Positions 63,222-64,000 of a stretch of DNA of 64,000 nt are shown piece after piece (within the stretch, counting starts at the first letter, position 1; the number at the start of each line of letters is the position of its first letter). The DNA is from Candidatus Zhuqueibacterota bacterium. GTDB taxonomy: Bacteria > Zhuqueibacterota > JdFR-76 > DREG01. A model generated the notes under the pieces. It was given only the letters and a program-made list of their open reading frames with translations. It did no database searches and was not told the DNA's origin. Position numbers and translations under genes: made by a program. The stretch is taken from NCBI GenBank assembly GCA_022566355.1, contig JADFJB010000004.1:15668-79667 (forward strand), given 5' to 3'.

Positions 63222-64000
63222 AAAACGCAATTCTGTTCTTTGATATGGGAAATTCAAGTTGTTTACCTGTAATTAAGGCCGTCTGTGAAAAAGGATATAG
63301 TCCAGTAGTAAATGACCAGGAGTTGTTGAAAGTAGCCCAGGAAGCAGGATTGCCAATCCTTGATTTTGCAAATTATACGCCCGAAGGAAATCTGAAACGT
63401 GCACAACAGGACGCGGTGCAAAGAATAAATGGAATAACCAGTGCAGTAAAAAAACATAAAATCCGGCAAGCATTTTCTTCTGTCTCCGGAGAATTTTTAT
63501 CCTATGCGGGTGAAGACTTTTTCCGGAGTCTTTATGGAATATTGGCCGGAGAGATCATGGTCATCGAGGCCCTTAAATCGCTAACACGACGACTTAAATT
63601 GAAGCTAATTGTCCTGGGATGTGACAATAGCCATATCCAGAGAGCAATAGTGGGATATGCTTCAACAAAAAATATCCCGACATTACAAATTGCTCATGGT
63701 CTTTTCACAAAGTCAACAGTCCATTTTTCAGGGAATATACCACCACTTTATTCCGAATCTATTGCGGTTTTCGGCAAAAGGTCACAAGATATTTTTGTCG
63801 AACATGGAACCGAGCCAGAACGTGTTGTTATTACAGGCTCACCTTCCTGGGATTCCTTATACAAATCACAATCAAAAATGACCTCCCATGAAGCACGGGG
63901 GAAATTAGAATTGGATCTACAGAAACCTGTAATACTTTATTGTGCTAGTTATGCAGAAGGAACATCAGCAATATACTCCTCAGTTTCAAATCACCTTTAC
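63218..64000 (+). CDS. Hypothetical protein, possibly a GT-B-fold sugar enzyme (3' end beyond the window)
   Basis: Hand translation from ATG 63218 (ATGA overlap with the upstream stop) is open to the window end: MKNAILFFDMGNSSCLPVIKAVCEKGY...IPTLQIAHGL...ERVVITGSPSWDSL. It is absent from the ORF track because no stop lies in the window. The antisense ORFs 63263..63473 are shadows of it. Confidence 0.6.
   Translation, partial: MKNAILFFDMGNSSCLPVIKAVCEKGYSPVVNDQELLKVAQEAGLPILDFANYTPEGNLKRAQQDAVQRINGITSAVKKHKIRQAFSSVSGEFLSYAGEDFFRSLYGILAGEIMVIEALKSLTRRLKLKLIVLGCDNSHIQRAIVGYASTKNIPTLQIAHGLFTKSTVHFSGNIPPLYSESIAVFGKRSQDIFVEHGTEPERVVITGSPSWDSLYKSQSKMTSHEARGKLELDLQKPVILYCASYAEGTSAIYSSVSNHLY

Noticed and set aside
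63263-63473. Two overlapping minus-strand ORFs (68 and 66 aa), plus the + strand ORF at 63657-63881
   Set aside because: They lie within or against the long open frame starting at 63218, which runs to the window end without a stop. They are therefore shadows or out-of-frame artefacts.
1-64000. Search by eye for CRISPR arrays, tRNA/rRNA genes, prophage, toxin-antitoxin or defence-system genes
   Set aside because: No direct-repeat/spacer arrays, no cloverleaf-like GC-rich segments in the intergenic gaps, and no nuclease, integrase or defence-type ORFs were seen. The window is fully accounted for by motility, chemotaxis, signalling and glycan genes.

Overview
AT-rich bacterial window that is almost entirely a flagellar and chemotaxis supercluster, followed by a sugar-modification island. 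No rRNA, tRNA, CRISPR array, transposase or recombinase gene was seen.

Gene order on the + strand:
- fliG (3' end), fliH, fliI, fliJ, ylxF/motE-like, fliK, flgD, a small flagellar operon protein, flgE, flbD, motA, motB, fliL.
- A chemotaxis module of about 12 kb, which includes the only minus-strand block of the cluster (cheY, cheX, CheC-like/pseudo-receiver).
- fliM, fliN, fliO, fliP, fliQ, fliR, flhB, flhA, flhF, flhG, fliA.
- A signalling island of about 7 kb: HDOD protein, histidine kinase, TPR protein, FliK-C-like protein, receiver, FlhB-C-like protein, GAF protein, REC-PAS-DHp protein.
- An orphan RmlC-like gene.
- flgF, flgG, flgA, flgH, flgI, flgJ, flgN, flgK, flgL, fliW, csrA.
- A nonulosonic-acid / glycan island: PseB-like, SpsF-like, DegT-like, RmlD-like and NeuB/PseI-like enzymes, GT4, GT2, B12-radical SAM, C-methyltransferase-like, Gfo/Idh/MocA, sulfotransferase, and others.

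L- and P-ring genes imply a diderm cell. flhF/flhG imply controlled (probably polar) flagellar placement. Flagellin, fliD, fliS, flgM, rpoN and any sigma-54 activator are not in the window. The taxon cannot be assigned from sequence alone.

Most notable observations:
1. Two MITE-like repeat copies of about 185 bp, in inverted orientation, exactly bracket the minus-strand cheY-cheX block. This is a candidate inversion cassette.
2. A FliK-C-like / receiver / FlhB-C-like gene triad may be an accessory export-switch module.
3. Two near-consensus sigma-54 promoters have identical spacing to fliM and flgF, and a sigma-28-like promoter lies ahead of cheA.
4. fliK is very large (985 aa) and carries a near-perfect 120-bp tandem duplication.
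5. A CheX-like gene is interrupted by a frameshift.
6. The glycan island carries B12-radical SAM, methyltransferase and sulfotransferase genes.

All functional calls come from reading motifs in the supplied translations. No database search was run.
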